DNA of 64,000 nucleotides from Infirmifilum sp. (lineage in GTDB: Archaea; Thermoproteota; Thermoprotei; Thermofilales; Thermofilaceae). This document shows, piece after piece, positions 33,956-44,213 of this stretch. Both the position numbers and the translations under genes were made by a program. The notes below the pieces were generated by a model. The model searched no databases. It worked only from the letters and a program-made list of their open reading frames with translations, and was not told where the DNA came from. The DNA is taken from positions 1 to 64,000 of the forward strand of contig JBEULP010000039.1 of assembly GCA_041287245.1 (NCBI GenBank). The letters run 5' to 3'. Position 1 is the stretch's first letter. Every line of letters begins with the position of its first letter.

Positions 33956-34654
33956 GTGAACGTGAACCAGTATAAAGTCCAGATAGCTCTAGATGTTACT
34001 GAGGAGTCTGAAGCTCTGCGGATAGCCGGCATGGTTGACAATGCATGCCGTAGTGGCATTCTAGATCCTCAAAGGGTAATTTTAGAAGCTGGTACACCTC
34101 TTGTGAAGCTCTTTGGAATGTCAATATTGGGGAAGATAAAGCTCGCCTCACCAAATACACACCTAATGGCAGACCTGAAGACCGCTGACGTAGGACGCCT
34201 AGAGGCTAGCTTAGCATACAGCAACCTTGCTGACAGTGTTTCAGTTTTGGCTCTCGCTCCTCGCTCAACGGTGAAATCTGTACTTTTAACAGGAAAAGAG
34301 TTTAACAGGGGGGTTGTAGTAGACTTTATCGGTGTGTTTGATTTAAAAGCGAAAGCCGAAGAGGTTGTAAGGCTGGTGAAAGAAGTGGATTTTCCAGGCG
34401 AGAACATTGTCTTCGAGTTTCATAGAGGCATCGACGAGGAAAAAGGTAGAAGCGTGGAAGAATTTTTCAAGGAGGTTGTCGAGACGGTGCAGTATCTACG
34501 GCGTAGCTTCCCCGAGATCAAGATAGCAGTGGCTGGAGGAATAACACCTCAGTTAAAGCAGGGTCTCGAGCAGAGTGTCAAACCAGATATCTACGTCGTT
34601 GGCAGGTACATCACATCTAATCCTGTCATTGAAAGATTGCTTGATTTCTTTTAA
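33956..34654 (+). CDS. 3-hexulose-6-phosphate synthase-like (OMPDC/HUMPS family)
   Basis: QIALD, EAGTPL, ADLKTADVG..EA, HRGID, VAGGI, VVGR. Confidence 0.82.
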   Translation: MNVNQYKVQIALDVTEESEALRIAGMVDNACRSGILDPQRVILEAGTPLVKLFGMSILGKIKLASPNTHLMADLKTADVGRLEASLAYSNLADSVSVLALAPRSTVKSVLLTGKEFNRGVVVDFIGVFDLKAKAEEVVRLVKEVDFPGENIVFEFHRGIDEEKGRSVEEFFKEVVETVQYLRRSFPEIKIAVAGGITPQLKQGLEQSVKPDIYVVGRYITSNPVIERLLDFF

Positions 34655-34664
34655 AACTTAGAAT

Positions 34665-35447
34665 CTAGTCCGCGGTGGTGCGTTCGAAGTCTTCGCCGCC
34701 CGTATATATTTGCTGTAGATAATAATATACCTCTTCAAAGTTCTCGCTCTTCTTAGCAGAGACCATAACCACGGGGACTATGTCTAGGAACTCGTTTAAA
34801 ACTCTGATAACGCTTCGAGTGAATTGAGCATCATAGTCTCTAGGTATTCTTGCTATTTCATCTTCGAGAACCTCAGGATTGGAAAGCCACTCGGTTATTT
34901 TTTCTCTTTCCTTCTCTGATAATAAGTCAACCTTGTTAAGCAAAATAACTAAGGGTAGTTTAAACCTATAGAAGGCGGAGGCAGCCAGGAAAATCTGGGA
35001 AACGAGATTGTAGGGGTCTGTTGAAAGCGAAGCATCAAGCAGGAAAGCGACTGCGCAGAGTCTGTCTTCCACGCATAAGGATTTAACAATTATATTACCA
35101 CTCTGTCTAAAGGCAAACACCTCCATTTGACCAGGAGTATCTATAAGCACATAGCCTTCAGCTCCCTCGCTAATACTCTTACTCACCGAAGGCAAGTGTT
35201 CAAGAGAAATATCAGTGGCTGCTATGATAGCTCCATTGGGTCCCAGACCGTACTCCTCTAAAACCTCTCTAACGAAAACATACTCCCGTATATCTACATC
35301 TGGAACATACTCGAGGTTCTCCACAGCAGGATCAAGGTTAACTGTGACAACTGAGGCTTCCTGGCTCAGCAACCAGTCCCGAAAACTTGCAGTAAAAGTG
35401 GACTTTCCCGAGCCCGCAGGTCCAACAACGTAGACAAGCATCTGCAT
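34665..35447 (-). CDS. GPN-loop GTPase
   Basis: GPAGSGKST, NLDPA, LGPNG, DTPGQME, NKVD; start reassigned to 35447. Confidence 0.93.
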   Translation of the reverse strand: MQMLVYVVGPAGSGKSTFTASFRDWLLSQEASVVTVNLDPAVENLEYVPDVDIREYVFVREVLEEYGLGPNGAIIAATDISLEHLPSVSKSISEGAEGYVLIDTPGQMEVFAFRQSGNIIVKSLCVEDRLCAVAFLLDASLSTDPYNLVSQIFLAASAFYRFKLPLVILLNKVDLLSEKEREKITEWLSNPEVLEDEIARIPRDYDAQFTRSVIRVLNEFLDIVPVVMVSAKKSENFEEVYYYLQQIYTGGEDFERTTAD

Positions 35448-35644
35448 AGTGCATCGCACTATTCCTCGATCCGCAGCTTTAAGGGTTTTGTCTCCATGTG
35501 AGCGCGGCTCGTCAAGGCGGCTCAACAGGGCAAGCGCACGTAGGTTATAGGCGCGCGAAGGAACCCGGCGAGGTTAATGGAGGCTGTCCGAGGCAAGTAA
35601 TAAATTTAGGTTTAACATAAGTATGTGTTAGGGCGTTTTGTGAA

Positions 35645-36061
35645 ATGTCATCGAAGTCCAAGATCTCACTGGCTGAAGAAAACATTGAAAAGCTAGAAGA
35701 GTCTTCAGTGCAGTTTGAACTTCTCCTAAAAAAGGTTCTTGAAACTATAAAGAATGAGGGAGAATCAGGTATACTTCAGAAAGAGCTTTGGAAGAAGCTG
35801 GGACTTGATAGTAGAAAAGGGCTTAAAATACTCAGGAAGCTTGAGGATCAAGGCCTGATTGAAAAAGAACAAGTTATACAGAGAGGTAGAAAAACATACA
35901 TCATAAGAGCCGCCCATAAGGTAAAAAAGGAAATAGTACTACCGGAGTTTCTGGACTATATACCTTGCTTTTACTGCAAGAACCTCGCGCGTTGCGCGAG
36001 CGGAGAAGTTGATTTCTTGAGCTGTCCTCTTCTACGAAGGTGGCTCGATAGTGATGGCTGA
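35645..36061 (+). CDS. Transcription factor E beta subunit (RPC34-like wHTH + 4-Cys FeS domain)
   Basis: GILQKELWKKL wHTH and PCFYC..RC.....SCPLLRRWL. Confidence 0.85.
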   Translation: MSSKSKISLAEENIEKLEESSVQFELLLKKVLETIKNEGESGILQKELWKKLGLDSRKGLKILRKLEDQGLIEKEQVIQRGRKTYIIRAAHKVKKEIVLPEFLDYIPCFYCKNLARCASGEVDFLSCPLLRRWLDSDG

Positions 36062-36635
36062 GAGGGTTCTGAGGGTCTTCGTAGCGGTAAAGGTTGAAAA
36101 TGGATCTGTTCTGGAGCAAATAAAAAGATTACAGGACGAGTTAGAGAGAGCTGGTTTGAAGGCAAAGATGGTTGAGCTGGAAAACATGCACATTACGCTA
36201 CAATTTATAGGAGAAATACCTCGTGAGAAAGTACTCCTAATACAAAAAAATCTACAGGAGATTAAGACACCCCCATTTACAATTAGCTTAGAAGGAGTTG
36301 GCGCTTTCCCAAACCCACGTAACCCAAGGGTTATTTGGATAGGTATAAAGAAGGGGGCTGAGGAACTCACAAGCCTTGCGAAGAGGACGGCTCAGGCTAT
36401 AATGCAGGCTCGTGTTAAGATTGAGTCCGAAGATTTCACACCCCATCTGACAATTGCTAGGGTTAAGGCTCCGATAAACAGCGAGGTTAGGAGGATCTTG
36501 GATGCTAATACCTCGACGTTCTTTGGGGAACAGTTAGTTAGCAAGTTCAGCTTAATTAAAAGCACGTTAACCCCAAAGGGGCCTATTTATACTGATCTAG
36601 CAGAGTACAACTTGAAGGAAGCTGAAAATGAATAA
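36051..36635 (+). CDS. thpR: RNA 2',3'-cyclic phosphodiesterase (2H family)
   Basis: Two HxT motifs (HITL, HLTI); GAFP..RNPRVIW. Confidence 0.93.
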   Translation: MMAERVLRVFVAVKVENGSVLEQIKRLQDELERAGLKAKMVELENMHITLQFIGEIPREKVLLIQKNLQEIKTPPFTISLEGVGAFPNPRNPRVIWIGIKKGAEELTSLAKRTAQAIMQARVKIESEDFTPHLTIARVKAPINSEVRRILDANTSTFFGEQLVSKFSLIKSTLTPKGPIYTDLAEYNLKEAENE

Positions 36636-38037
36636 TACCTCATCTGAGCGAGTGCGACAAACAGAAAGTATTTTCAAGAACTGCCTTATACGCTATCTTT
36701 CAAAGCTAGAGCCATCTCCAGAACAACGGAAAAGGATAGCGGAGGCAGCTGAGGAAGTCCTCTCAGTACTCCACACTTTAGTTAAGAACGAGGGACTCGA
36801 AAATATAGTACACAACATCTCTGTCCACGGATCATTCGCACGCGATACCTGGCTACCCGAAAACACAGACATTGACATTTTCATACTATTCGACCTGAAC
36901 CTTACGTTTGATAAAATTCAAGCTATAACAGAGAGGCTCAGTGCTCAGACGGCACGCCTGCTGGGTGCTGTGTTAGAGACACGCTTTGCATCTCATCCAT
37001 ACTACATTGTTAAGTACAAGGGCGTCGAGATCGAAATAGTCCCGGCGTATAAGGTAGACAATCCTAGAGAGATAAAAACCGCTGTCGATAGGACCCCTTT
37101 CCATACGGACTACGTTGTTGCGCGTCTATCCTCCAAGCCAGAGTTAAAAAATGAGATACGTTTTTTTAAGGCTCTATTAAAGAGACTAGGGATTTACGGG
37201 GCAGAGCTCGAGGTCAGGGGTTTTTCAGGCTATCTCTCAGAGGTTCTGGTAATATTACATGGAGGTCTACTGCCTTTACTTTTCACTGCATCGAATTGGA
37301 AACCCTGGAGGGTGTTAATTCCACCTGAAGCCCCTCAAAAATGGCGTGGCGCAGCACCGCTGGTGGTATTAGATCCCGTAGATCCGCGAAGGAATATGGC
37401 TGCAGCTGTGGGTGTTGAACAGCTTTCCAAGCTGATAGCTTTCTCACGTGTCTTCATTCACCACCCGGAGATTTTATGTTGCATGATGGAGGATTGGGAG
37501 GAGAAGGTCGAGTACAAACTGGATAAAAACGTTATAATAATACGTGTGCTTTCACATCCTCCACTTGTCGAAGATGCTCTAGCTGGGAAGACAAGGAGAA
37601 TCCTTGATTCAACTGTCAATGCTCTAAGTAGGAACGGTTTTAATGTGCTGAGGAAGCTCCTGGTAAACATAGGGGGAGAGTTTTTCTTAGTTATACAGCT
37701 AGAACAAAGCGAGCTCCCTCCTCTTGAGAAGAGAGAAGGCCCTCCAGTATGGCATGAAAATTCGCTAAATTTCCTTAAGAAATGGGCCTTCAACACTCCT
37801 CCCCCCTTTATTGAGGGTGACAGATGGGTAGTAATCACTCAGAGGAGAACTAGGACTGCCGAGGAAATAATAAGAACTATCCTTCGCGCTTACGCGGGGT
37901 TCGAATGGGAAATATTTTCAGGAGATCAGATAACTGAGAAGCTTGAAGATAAATATTCCCGGGAAATAGCTTACTCATTAGCGGGGTTAGAGCCTTGGAT
38001 TACTTGTCTGCGGAGATATTTGAGTGGTCCAGGATAA
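36628..38037 (+). CDS. cca: CCA-adding enzyme (class I)
   Basis: GSFARDTWL..DIDIF, ASHPY, AVDRTPFH, GFSGY, DPVDPRRN. Confidence 0.95.
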   Translation: MNNTSSERVRQTESIFKNCLIRYLSKLEPSPEQRKRIAEAAEEVLSVLHTLVKNEGLENIVHNISVHGSFARDTWLPENTDIDIFILFDLNLTFDKIQAITERLSAQTARLLGAVLETRFASHPYYIVKYKGVEIEIVPAYKVDNPREIKTAVDRTPFHTDYVVARLSSKPELKNEIRFFKALLKRLGIYGAELEVRGFSGYLSEVLVILHGGLLPLLFTASNWKPWRVLIPPEAPQKWRGAAPLVVLDPVDPRRNMAAAVGVEQLSKLIAFSRVFIHHPEILCCMMEDWEEKVEYKLDKNVIIIRVLSHPPLVEDALAGKTRRILDSTVNALSRNGFNVLRKLLVNIGGEFFLVIQLEQSELPPLEKREGPPVWHENSLNFLKKWAFNTPPPFIEGDRWVVITQRRTRTAEEIIRTILRAYAGFEWEIFSGDQITEKLEDKYSREIAYSLAGLEPWITCLRRYLSGPG

Positions 38038-38732
38038 TCACCTATCCCTTCTATAGTTGGGAGGATTTTGTCAGCAGAGCAGTCGAGCTACAGCTTCTAG
38101 GCGTGAAACGCCTGTTCCAGGAAGGAAAGGTCGAGGTTTTTGGAAAAAGGGTCTTAGGGAAAGGAACAGTGGGAATAGTTGTGAAGGCCCAGTTCGTTGA
38201 TGGAACACTAGTTTCAGTTAAGATAAGGCGAAGCGACGCCTCGCGAAGCTCCCTTCTACACGAGGCACGTATACTTCTGAAGGTAAACTCAGTAGGTGTG
38301 GGTCCACGGCTTGTCGCCTATTCCAGGAACTATTTAATATGGCGGTTCGTCAACGGCGTCCCAATAGAGGCTTGGATCACCAAGTGTAGTTCTCAGGAGC
38401 TCCGCCAAACCTTAAAGCTTATTCTGGAGCAGCTTTGGATCCTTGATCAAATCGGGATTGCACATAATGAACTATCCAGGTTTAAGGAGCATGTCCTGGT
38501 GCAGAACGACGGTAAACCTGTAATTATAGACTTCGAGTCTTCTACCGAAAACAAGTATAGAACCAATATACCTCAGTTCCTTGGCTTTCTCCTCAACGAG
38601 AGATCTCTAACTAGTAAAATTACCCGAGAAAAACTATCTATAGAGGTCGCGCGTGATAAATTGATAACAATCCTACGGAGCTACAAGAGAGGGATAGCCA
38701 CAATTAAAGACATACTCACTTTGATTGAATAA
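37995..38732 (+). CDS. Ser/Thr protein kinase, archaeal RIO/Bud32-related
   Basis: LGKGTVG, VKIRR, HNELS, IIDFE. Confidence 0.85.
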   Translation: MDYLSAEIFEWSRIITYPFYSWEDFVSRAVELQLLGVKRLFQEGKVEVFGKRVLGKGTVGIVVKAQFVDGTLVSVKIRRSDASRSSLLHEARILLKVNSVGVGPRLVAYSRNYLIWRFVNGVPIEAWITKCSSQELRQTLKLILEQLWILDQIGIAHNELSRFKEHVLVQNDGKPVIIDFESSTENKYRTNIPQFLGFLLNERSLTSKITREKLSIEVARDKLITILRSYKRGIATIKDILTLIE

Positions 38733-38752
38733 CTCTCGCGCGCCGCGTATTG

Positions 38753-39217
38753 TCACTTTAACGTTTCAATCACTATGTATGTCCTCGTCTCTCTCACACC
38801 GTCGAGCATATTTATTTTGTTGAGAACCTCGTCTAGGAGATGCTGTGAAACCTGAATTACGACATCTATATCTCCCGTCACTCTATACATCCTTTCCAGT
38901 GGTAGCTCTCGTAGAACAGAATACAGGTTGAGACGTTTTTGAGGTTCCAACTTAAGTGTTATTAATGCAGTCCCACTTTGCCCCGAAAGTACTTGCTCGG
39001 CTTTCTCAGTTAAATCTATAAATCCTCTTCCCGTTCTTATTAGACCCAGCTCTCGTAGCCTTTTAAGGTGCATATTAAGTGCCTGTCTCGTAATTCCAAG
39101 TTCTTTGGCTATTTTATTCTGGGTCTCTTTGACTGTATACACATGTAAAGGTTGACTTTTTTTGAAAAGGTATGCAAGTAGTTCAAACTGTTTTTCTGTT
39201 AGTGTAATTGAACTCAT
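38753..39217 (-). CDS. Lrp/AsnC family regulator
   Basis: TQNKIAKELGITRQAL HTH; YRVTGDID RAM domain; start reassigned. Confidence 0.88.
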   Translation of the reverse strand: MSSITLTEKQFELLAYLFKKSQPLHVYTVKETQNKIAKELGITRQALNMHLKRLRELGLIRTGRGFIDLTEKAEQVLSGQSGTALITLKLEPQKRLNLYSVLRELPLERMYRVTGDIDVVIQVSQHLLDEVLNKINMLDGVRETRTYIVIETLK

Positions 39218-39334
39218 ACAAATTATATGACAATTGTCAAAATAAATTTTTCGCAGTTTAAAACTTACTAGCGCTGGAAGCATACTCCCGCGCGCGTAGA
39301 AAAAATATTAATTTTAGCCTACTAAGAGAACTGT

Positions 39335-39820
39335 ATGAGTATAACGGTTCCGTTCGTACCTAGCCCCCCTGAGCTAATAAAACGCGCTTTTGAAATAGCA
39401 GGTTTAAAACCAGGAGAACTAGTCCTCGACCCTGGCTGCGGAGATGGGAGATCTCTCATAATCGCGGCTAAGGAGTTCGGAGCTAGGGCCGTCGGGATTG
39501 AATTAAGGAAAGATCTCTTAGAGACTGCGATGAGGCGAATAAGTGAAGAGGGGGTAAGTGATAGAGTTCTCCTCATCCATGGAAGCTTCTATGATATTGC
39601 TTTTCCACCTGCTGATGTAGTTTTCCTGTATTTATTAACCTCTGTAAACGAGCGTCTCCGACCCAAGCTGGAGAGAGAACTAAAGCCGACTACACGTGTT
39701 GTTTCTCACGACTTTGAAGTTACAGGCTGGAAACCCGTTGAAGCCGTCACGGTGGAGGAGGGTGGTAGAACCCACAAAATCTATTTTTACATCGTCGGGG
39801 AGAGTATCAAGAGGTTGTAG
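39335..39820 (+). CDS. SAM-dependent methyltransferase (archaeal protein-lysine MTase aKMT-like)
   Basis: VPFVPSP, LDPGCGDGR, VFLYLL, VVSHDF. Confidence 0.85.
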   Translation: MSITVPFVPSPPELIKRAFEIAGLKPGELVLDPGCGDGRSLIIAAKEFGARAVGIELRKDLLETAMRRISEEGVSDRVLLIHGSFYDIAFPPADVVFLYLLTSVNERLRPKLERELKPTTRVVSHDFEVTGWKPVEAVTVEEGGRTHKIYFYIVGESIKRL

Positions 39821-39821
39821 T

Positions 39822-40109
39822 ATGGCTGAGGGAATAAACGTTGAAATAGAAAATATTTCAAAGGATAAACTGGAGATTAAGATCAAGGGGGAAGGTCATA
39901 CATTGCTCAACATGCTTGTCGACGAGCTAAACAAGAACCCTCACGTCACCGCCTCCTATAGGATTGATCATCCACTTCTGCCTGTAGCTTACTTGCAAAT
40001 TCAGACTGACGGTTCTTTACTCCCTATTGAGGCTCTCCGTGAAGCAACGACAAATCTGAAGGAAAAAATGAAGGCACTCCGTGAACAGTTACGAGAACAG
40101 ACGAGCTGA
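39822..40109 (+). CDS. rpoL: RNA polymerase subunit L (Rpo11)
   Basis: GEGHTLLN, YRIDHPL; start reassigned to ATG 39822. Confidence 0.93.
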   Translation: MAEGINVEIENISKDKLEIKIKGEGHTLLNMLVDELNKNPHVTASYRIDHPLLPVAYLQIQTDGSLLPIEALREATTNLKEKMKALREQLREQTS

Positions 40110-40453
40110 CACGAGTTCTAACGGATAAGGGTCTTGCAAAGCTTGGTGACGCGATAGTTAATTTTCTCGTCTCAGCCTCGCTATCACTAGCCTCGGGCAA
40201 GATGCAGGGCATTAAAGTCTCAGGAAAGCTTCTAGATAGGAGCTATCGCCTGTCAAAGTTATCCGGTATCCGCTTGCCATACGATACAGAGCCAGGTGAG
40301 GCGGTAGAAGCCTTTCTCGCCTTTTCATGGCTTAGGGGGTGTCTAGAGATGGAGAAGGGTGTTGAGAAGCTATACAACTCCCTAAAGAATCACAAAAGCG
40401 TTGAGGAAGCCCTGGCCTTACTAATTAACGAGCTGCTAAGCGTTTGCGCTTGA
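40106..40453 (+). CDS. Archaeal RNase III-related protein; inferred CTG start
   Basis: In-frame [14 protein letters not shown] upstream of ATG 40202; [13 protein letters not shown] downstream. Confidence 0.7.
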   Translation: MTRVLTDKGLAKLGDAIVNFLVSASLSLASGKMQGIKVSGKLLDRSYRLSKLSGIRLPYDTEPGEAVEAFLAFSWLRGCLEMEKGVEKLYNSLKNHKSVEEALALLINELLSVCA

Positions 40454-40591
40454 CTGTGCATGAAGAACTCTTCTCTTAAAGTTCCTAAAGTTTCTCCTAC
40501 GTGGTATCAAATTCTTCCTGGGCTTAGGAGGTATCTTTGGTGTTGCATTCCTCACTTTTCCAGCTTTTGTAAGGCTACCGTGTGAAGGCAT
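40436..40591 (-). CDS. rps30e: 30S ribosomal protein S30e (absent from the ORF track)
   Basis: Manual translation [23 protein letters not shown]... (51 aa). Confidence 0.95.
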   Translation of the reverse strand: MPSHGSLTKAGKVRNATPKIPPKPRKNLIPRRRNFRNFKRRVLHAQSSANA

Positions 40592-40676
40592 AGCTTATCC
40601 GCATTATCCCCTTACGGTCAAAATATAAGTTTTTCTATAACGACCATATATGGTCGTTAAGATAAGAGGGGTTAGG

Positions 40677-42020
40677 ATGGAACGCTCGAAATATGGTAAC
40701 CGTTTAAACGAGACACTAGCCAGCTACGGCGTTAAAATCTTTGATCTAGTTTTGGTTCGGTTGAAAGACGGTTTGGAGTTAAAAGGTATGATTCTGCCGA
40801 GACCTTCTACAGGCGACCCTAACGCTCTAGTTTTAAAACTCGAGAACGGCTACAACATAGGTATCTCGCTTGAAAACATCAAGGAGATAAAAGTCCTGGA
40901 GAGCGCTCAACTTAGACAAGAAGCTCCTAAAAAAAGAACAATGAGAGAGCGGGCTGGGAATACTGTGTACTTTATAGGGACCGGTGGCACTATTGCTTCT
41001 CGTGTTGACTATGTGACAGGAGCAGTATACCCGTATTTCTCTGCCGAGGAACTCTATGAGATGATTCCGGAGCTGGAAGAGATAGCATTCATAAAAAGCG
41101 AGACTCTTTTCAGCATCTTCAGTGAGGACATGACCCCCAGGCACTGGGAAGGTATCGCGCGAAAAATCGGGGAGGTATTTGATAAGGAGTCGCCGTTGGG
41201 TATTGTCGTAGCCCATGGAACCGACACTATGCATTACTCAGCGTCTGCTATTGCCTTCGCAGTCCGGAAGGCGCCGGGTCCTGTTGTATTTACTGGTGCC
41301 CAGAGGTCCTCCGATCGCCCATCTAGCGACTCTGCTCTTAACGTTATAGGGGCTACGGTGACCGCATTAAAAGCACCGTTCGCCGAATCTGTCATAGTGA
41401 TGCATGGGACGGTTAGCGATGACATAATGCTTGTCCATAGGGGCGTGCGGGCCAGGAAAATGCATACAAGCAGGAGAGACGCCTTTATGAGTATAAACTC
41501 TTTGCCTCTGGGCCGGGTTGATCCTTATTCTAGAAAACTCGAGGTTCTTCAAGCAGAGTATAAAGCGAGAGAGGACGGCGTAGAGGTTTACCCCAAGTTT
41601 AGTGATAAGGTAGCGCTCGTAAAGTTCTTCCCAGGGATGGAGCCATCTATATTCGAGTTTTATCAAGAAAAAGGGTATCGTGGGCTTGTTATAGAAGGAA
41701 CCGGTCTCGGCCACGTTAACAGTTCTTTGATAAATGTGCTCGGGAAGCTTATCAAAGATGGTATGCTTATTGTAATGTCGTCTCAGTGTCTTTGGGGATC
41801 TGTGAACATGAATGTTTACCGCACAGGAGTCGAACTGTTAAAAGCGGGTGTGATCCCCGCTGGAAACATGATACCCGAGGTAGCGTACGTAAAGCTTAGC
41901 TGGGTTTTAGGGCAAACAGGGGGCGTCGAGGAGGCGCGTAGGCTCTTTACCTCTAATCTCGCTTTCGAGCTATCAGAGAGAAACGAGTATAGGTACTATC
42001 CTGGCGCATGGTGGTGGTAA
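40677..42020 (+). CDS. gatD: Glu-tRNA(Gln) amidotransferase subunit D
   Basis: KLENGYNIG, TGGTIASRVDY, HGTDT, GAQRSSDRPSSD, KMHTSRRDAF. Confidence 0.97.
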   Translation: MERSKYGNRLNETLASYGVKIFDLVLVRLKDGLELKGMILPRPSTGDPNALVLKLENGYNIGISLENIKEIKVLESAQLRQEAPKKRTMRERAGNTVYFIGTGGTIASRVDYVTGAVYPYFSAEELYEMIPELEEIAFIKSETLFSIFSEDMTPRHWEGIARKIGEVFDKESPLGIVVAHGTDTMHYSASAIAFAVRKAPGPVVFTGAQRSSDRPSSDSALNVIGATVTALKAPFAESVIVMHGTVSDDIMLVHRGVRARKMHTSRRDAFMSINSLPLGRVDPYSRKLEVLQAEYKAREDGVEVYPKFSDKVALVKFFPGMEPSIFEFYQEKGYRGLVIEGTGLGHVNSSLINVLGKLIKDGMLIVMSSQCLWGSVNMNVYRTGVELLKAGVIPAGNMIPEVAYVKLSWVLGQTGGVEEARRLFTSNLAFELSERNEYRYYPGAWWW

Positions 42021-43924
42021 TGGCGGAAAACCGGGTTAAAATAAAATGCGGGCTGGAGATTCACCAGATGCTTGATACTCAATCGAAGTTGTTCTGTTCC
42101 TGCCCAACCCAAATAAGAAAAGAACCTGGAGATTACAACTTCATACGCAGGCTAAGACTAGCCTCCAGCGAGATAGGAGAGATTGACCCAGCGGCTCTTT
42201 TTGAGTATGAGAAAGGCCTTCATTTCGTCTATGAGGGTTACCACGATAATGTTTGTTTAGTTGAAATGGACGAAGAGCCACCTCATCAGACGAATCCAGA
42301 GGCTCTGAATCTAGCGCTTAAATTCGCGCTTCTTGTAAATGCACATCTCGTGGACGAGGTTCACGTTATGAGGAAGATAGTAATAGACGGCTCCAACACC
42401 ACGGGTTTTCAACGTACAATGCTTATTGCTTTAGGCGGTATGGTGCAAGTTAATGGAAAGACTATACCCATCGAGAGCATTTGTCTAGAGGAGGACGCGG
42501 CAAGGAAGATAGAGGAGAACAAGGAAAAGAGATCCCTTACCTACAGGTTGGACAGGTTGGGAATTCCATTAATTGAGGTGGCAACCGCCCCAGTCATAGA
42601 GTCCCCCGAGGAGGCCCGTGAGGTTGCCCATTACATTGGTCTTCTACTAAGATCTCTTGGTAAAGTAAAGAGGGGGTTAGGGACAATTCGCCAGGACTTA
42701 AACGTGTCTATTGAAGGAGGGGCGAGGATTGAAATTAAAGGTGTACAATACTTGGATCTCATTCCGATTGTCGTGGAGAACGAGCTTAAAAGGCAGCTCA
42801 AGCTACTTGAGATACGGGAAGAATTAAAGAGGAGAGGTCTCTCTGCAAAAGACATAGTGTTTAAACCTGTAGACGTAACAGATGTATTTAGGAATACTAA
42901 GTCAAAGATAGCTAAAAACGCCATGGAAAAAGGTGGCTCAGCGCTCGCTCTGAAACTAAAAGGGTTTAAGGGTATTCTAGGACTTGAAATACAGCCTGGC
43001 AGGAGGTTCGGGACAGAACTAGCTGACCGTGCGCGTTACTGGGCCCAGGTCGGCGGTCTCTTCCATAGCGATGAGCTCCCTGCTTATGGTATTACAGCTG
43101 AGGAAGTAGAGCACCTGAAAAACAAGCTTGAAGCAGGCGAGAACGACGCTTTCGTCTTAGTTTTCGATGAGAAGGAGAAAGCAGAGAAGGCGCTTGAAGC
43201 AGTTTTCAAGAGGGTTTTGGAGGCATTTGAAGGGGTGCCGGAAGAAACCAGAGCGGCAAACCCCGACGGCACCACAAAGTTCATGAGACCAAGACCAGGA
43301 AAAGCGAGAATGTACCCTGAAACCGACATTCGCCCAATTACTATCACGAAAGAACTCGTTGAAAAACTCAGGGCCGAGCTTCCCGAGCCACCGGAAAAAA
43401 CCCTTGAAAGGCTGAAAAGGCAGTATGGCTTGTCAGATGACCTGGCTCAACAGCTTTTCAACTCAGAGTATCTGTTTTTCTTCGAGGAGCTAGTACAGGC
43501 AACGGGGGTTCAGCCTATAATTGCAGCTACACTGTTAACAAACACTCTGAAAAGCCTTAGGAGAGATGGGGTTAACGTTGACGCATTGGAAGAAGAGCAA
43601 ATTAAAGGTGTACTGAGGGCTGTGGCAGAAGGTAAATTAGCAAAGGAAGCAATACCTGATGTCATTAAAGCCTTGGCTGAGAATCCAGACGCGACGCTGG
43701 AGAGCATTATAGAAAAGCTTTCACTTAGAACCTTAACTGTTCAGGATCTTGAAAGGATAGTTGACCAAATAATCAACGAGAAGAGGCAGTTCATAGTAGA
43801 AAGAGGCGAGGGGTCGTTCAGCCCCATTATGGGGCTTGTCATGGATAAGGTTAGGGGGAGAATAGATGGAAAAATTGTCGCAGAGATTGTTCGGAGAAAG
43901 ATATTAGAGGTCATTTCTTCTTAG
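42020..43924 (+). CDS. gatE: Glu-tRNA(Gln) amidotransferase subunit E
   Basis: GLEIHQ, KLFC, DEEPPH, IDGSNTTGFQRT, RPRPGKARMYPETD. Confidence 0.97.
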   Translation: MAENRVKIKCGLEIHQMLDTQSKLFCSCPTQIRKEPGDYNFIRRLRLASSEIGEIDPAALFEYEKGLHFVYEGYHDNVCLVEMDEEPPHQTNPEALNLALKFALLVNAHLVDEVHVMRKIVIDGSNTTGFQRTMLIALGGMVQVNGKTIPIESICLEEDAARKIEENKEKRSLTYRLDRLGIPLIEVATAPVIESPEEAREVAHYIGLLLRSLGKVKRGLGTIRQDLNVSIEGGARIEIKGVQYLDLIPIVVENELKRQLKLLEIREELKRRGLSAKDIVFKPVDVTDVFRNTKSKIAKNAMEKGGSALALKLKGFKGILGLEIQPGRRFGTELADRARYWAQVGGLFHSDELPAYGITAEEVEHLKNKLEAGENDAFVLVFDEKEKAEKALEAVFKRVLEAFEGVPEETRAANPDGTTKFMRPRPGKARMYPETDIRPITITKELVEKLRAELPEPPEKTLERLKRQYGLSDDLAQQLFNSEYLFFFEELVQATGVQPIIAATLLTNTLKSLRRDGVNVDALEEEQIKGVLRAVAEGKLAKEAIPDVIKALAENPDATLESIIEKLSLRTLTVQDLERIVDQIINEKRQFIVERGEGSFSPIMGLVMDKVRGRIDGKIVAEIVRRKILEVISS

Positions 43925-44213
43925 AGCCAGCTCTAAGCTTCAACAGCTCAGCCGCTATTTTATTTATCATCACGCTCTTTTTCTCTCCGGAGTTTACAAT
44001 TAATCTTCCTTCATCTTCATACCAGAGCGCAGGGAATTTTTTCTCTTTTTCCACAAGTACCTCGCTGTACCCAGCTTTTTGCGCTGCTAGTAGTACTTCT
44101 TCTATTGTAGGCTTATTGATGGCTAGGTTGAGAGGTACGCGCCTACCCTTGTTTCTAGGCACGGAGGAATCAAAATAAACGGTCCAGATTATTCTTCCGT
44201 TTTTCCTCTTCAT
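43911..44213 (-). CDS. srp19: Signal recognition particle 19 kDa protein
   Basis: IIWTVYFDS...GRRVP.LA..P. Confidence 0.92.
   Translation of the reverse strand: MKRKNGRIIWTVYFDSSVPRNKGRRVPLNLAINKPTIEEVLLAAQKAGYSEVLVEKEKKFPALWYEDEGRLIVNSGEKKSVMINKIAAELLKLRAGSKKK

Noticed and set aside
35480..35600. GC-rich spacer with possible long-range stem (GTCTCCAT/ATGGAGGC)
   Set aside because: No recognisable ncRNA motifs; cannot be supported without covariation data.
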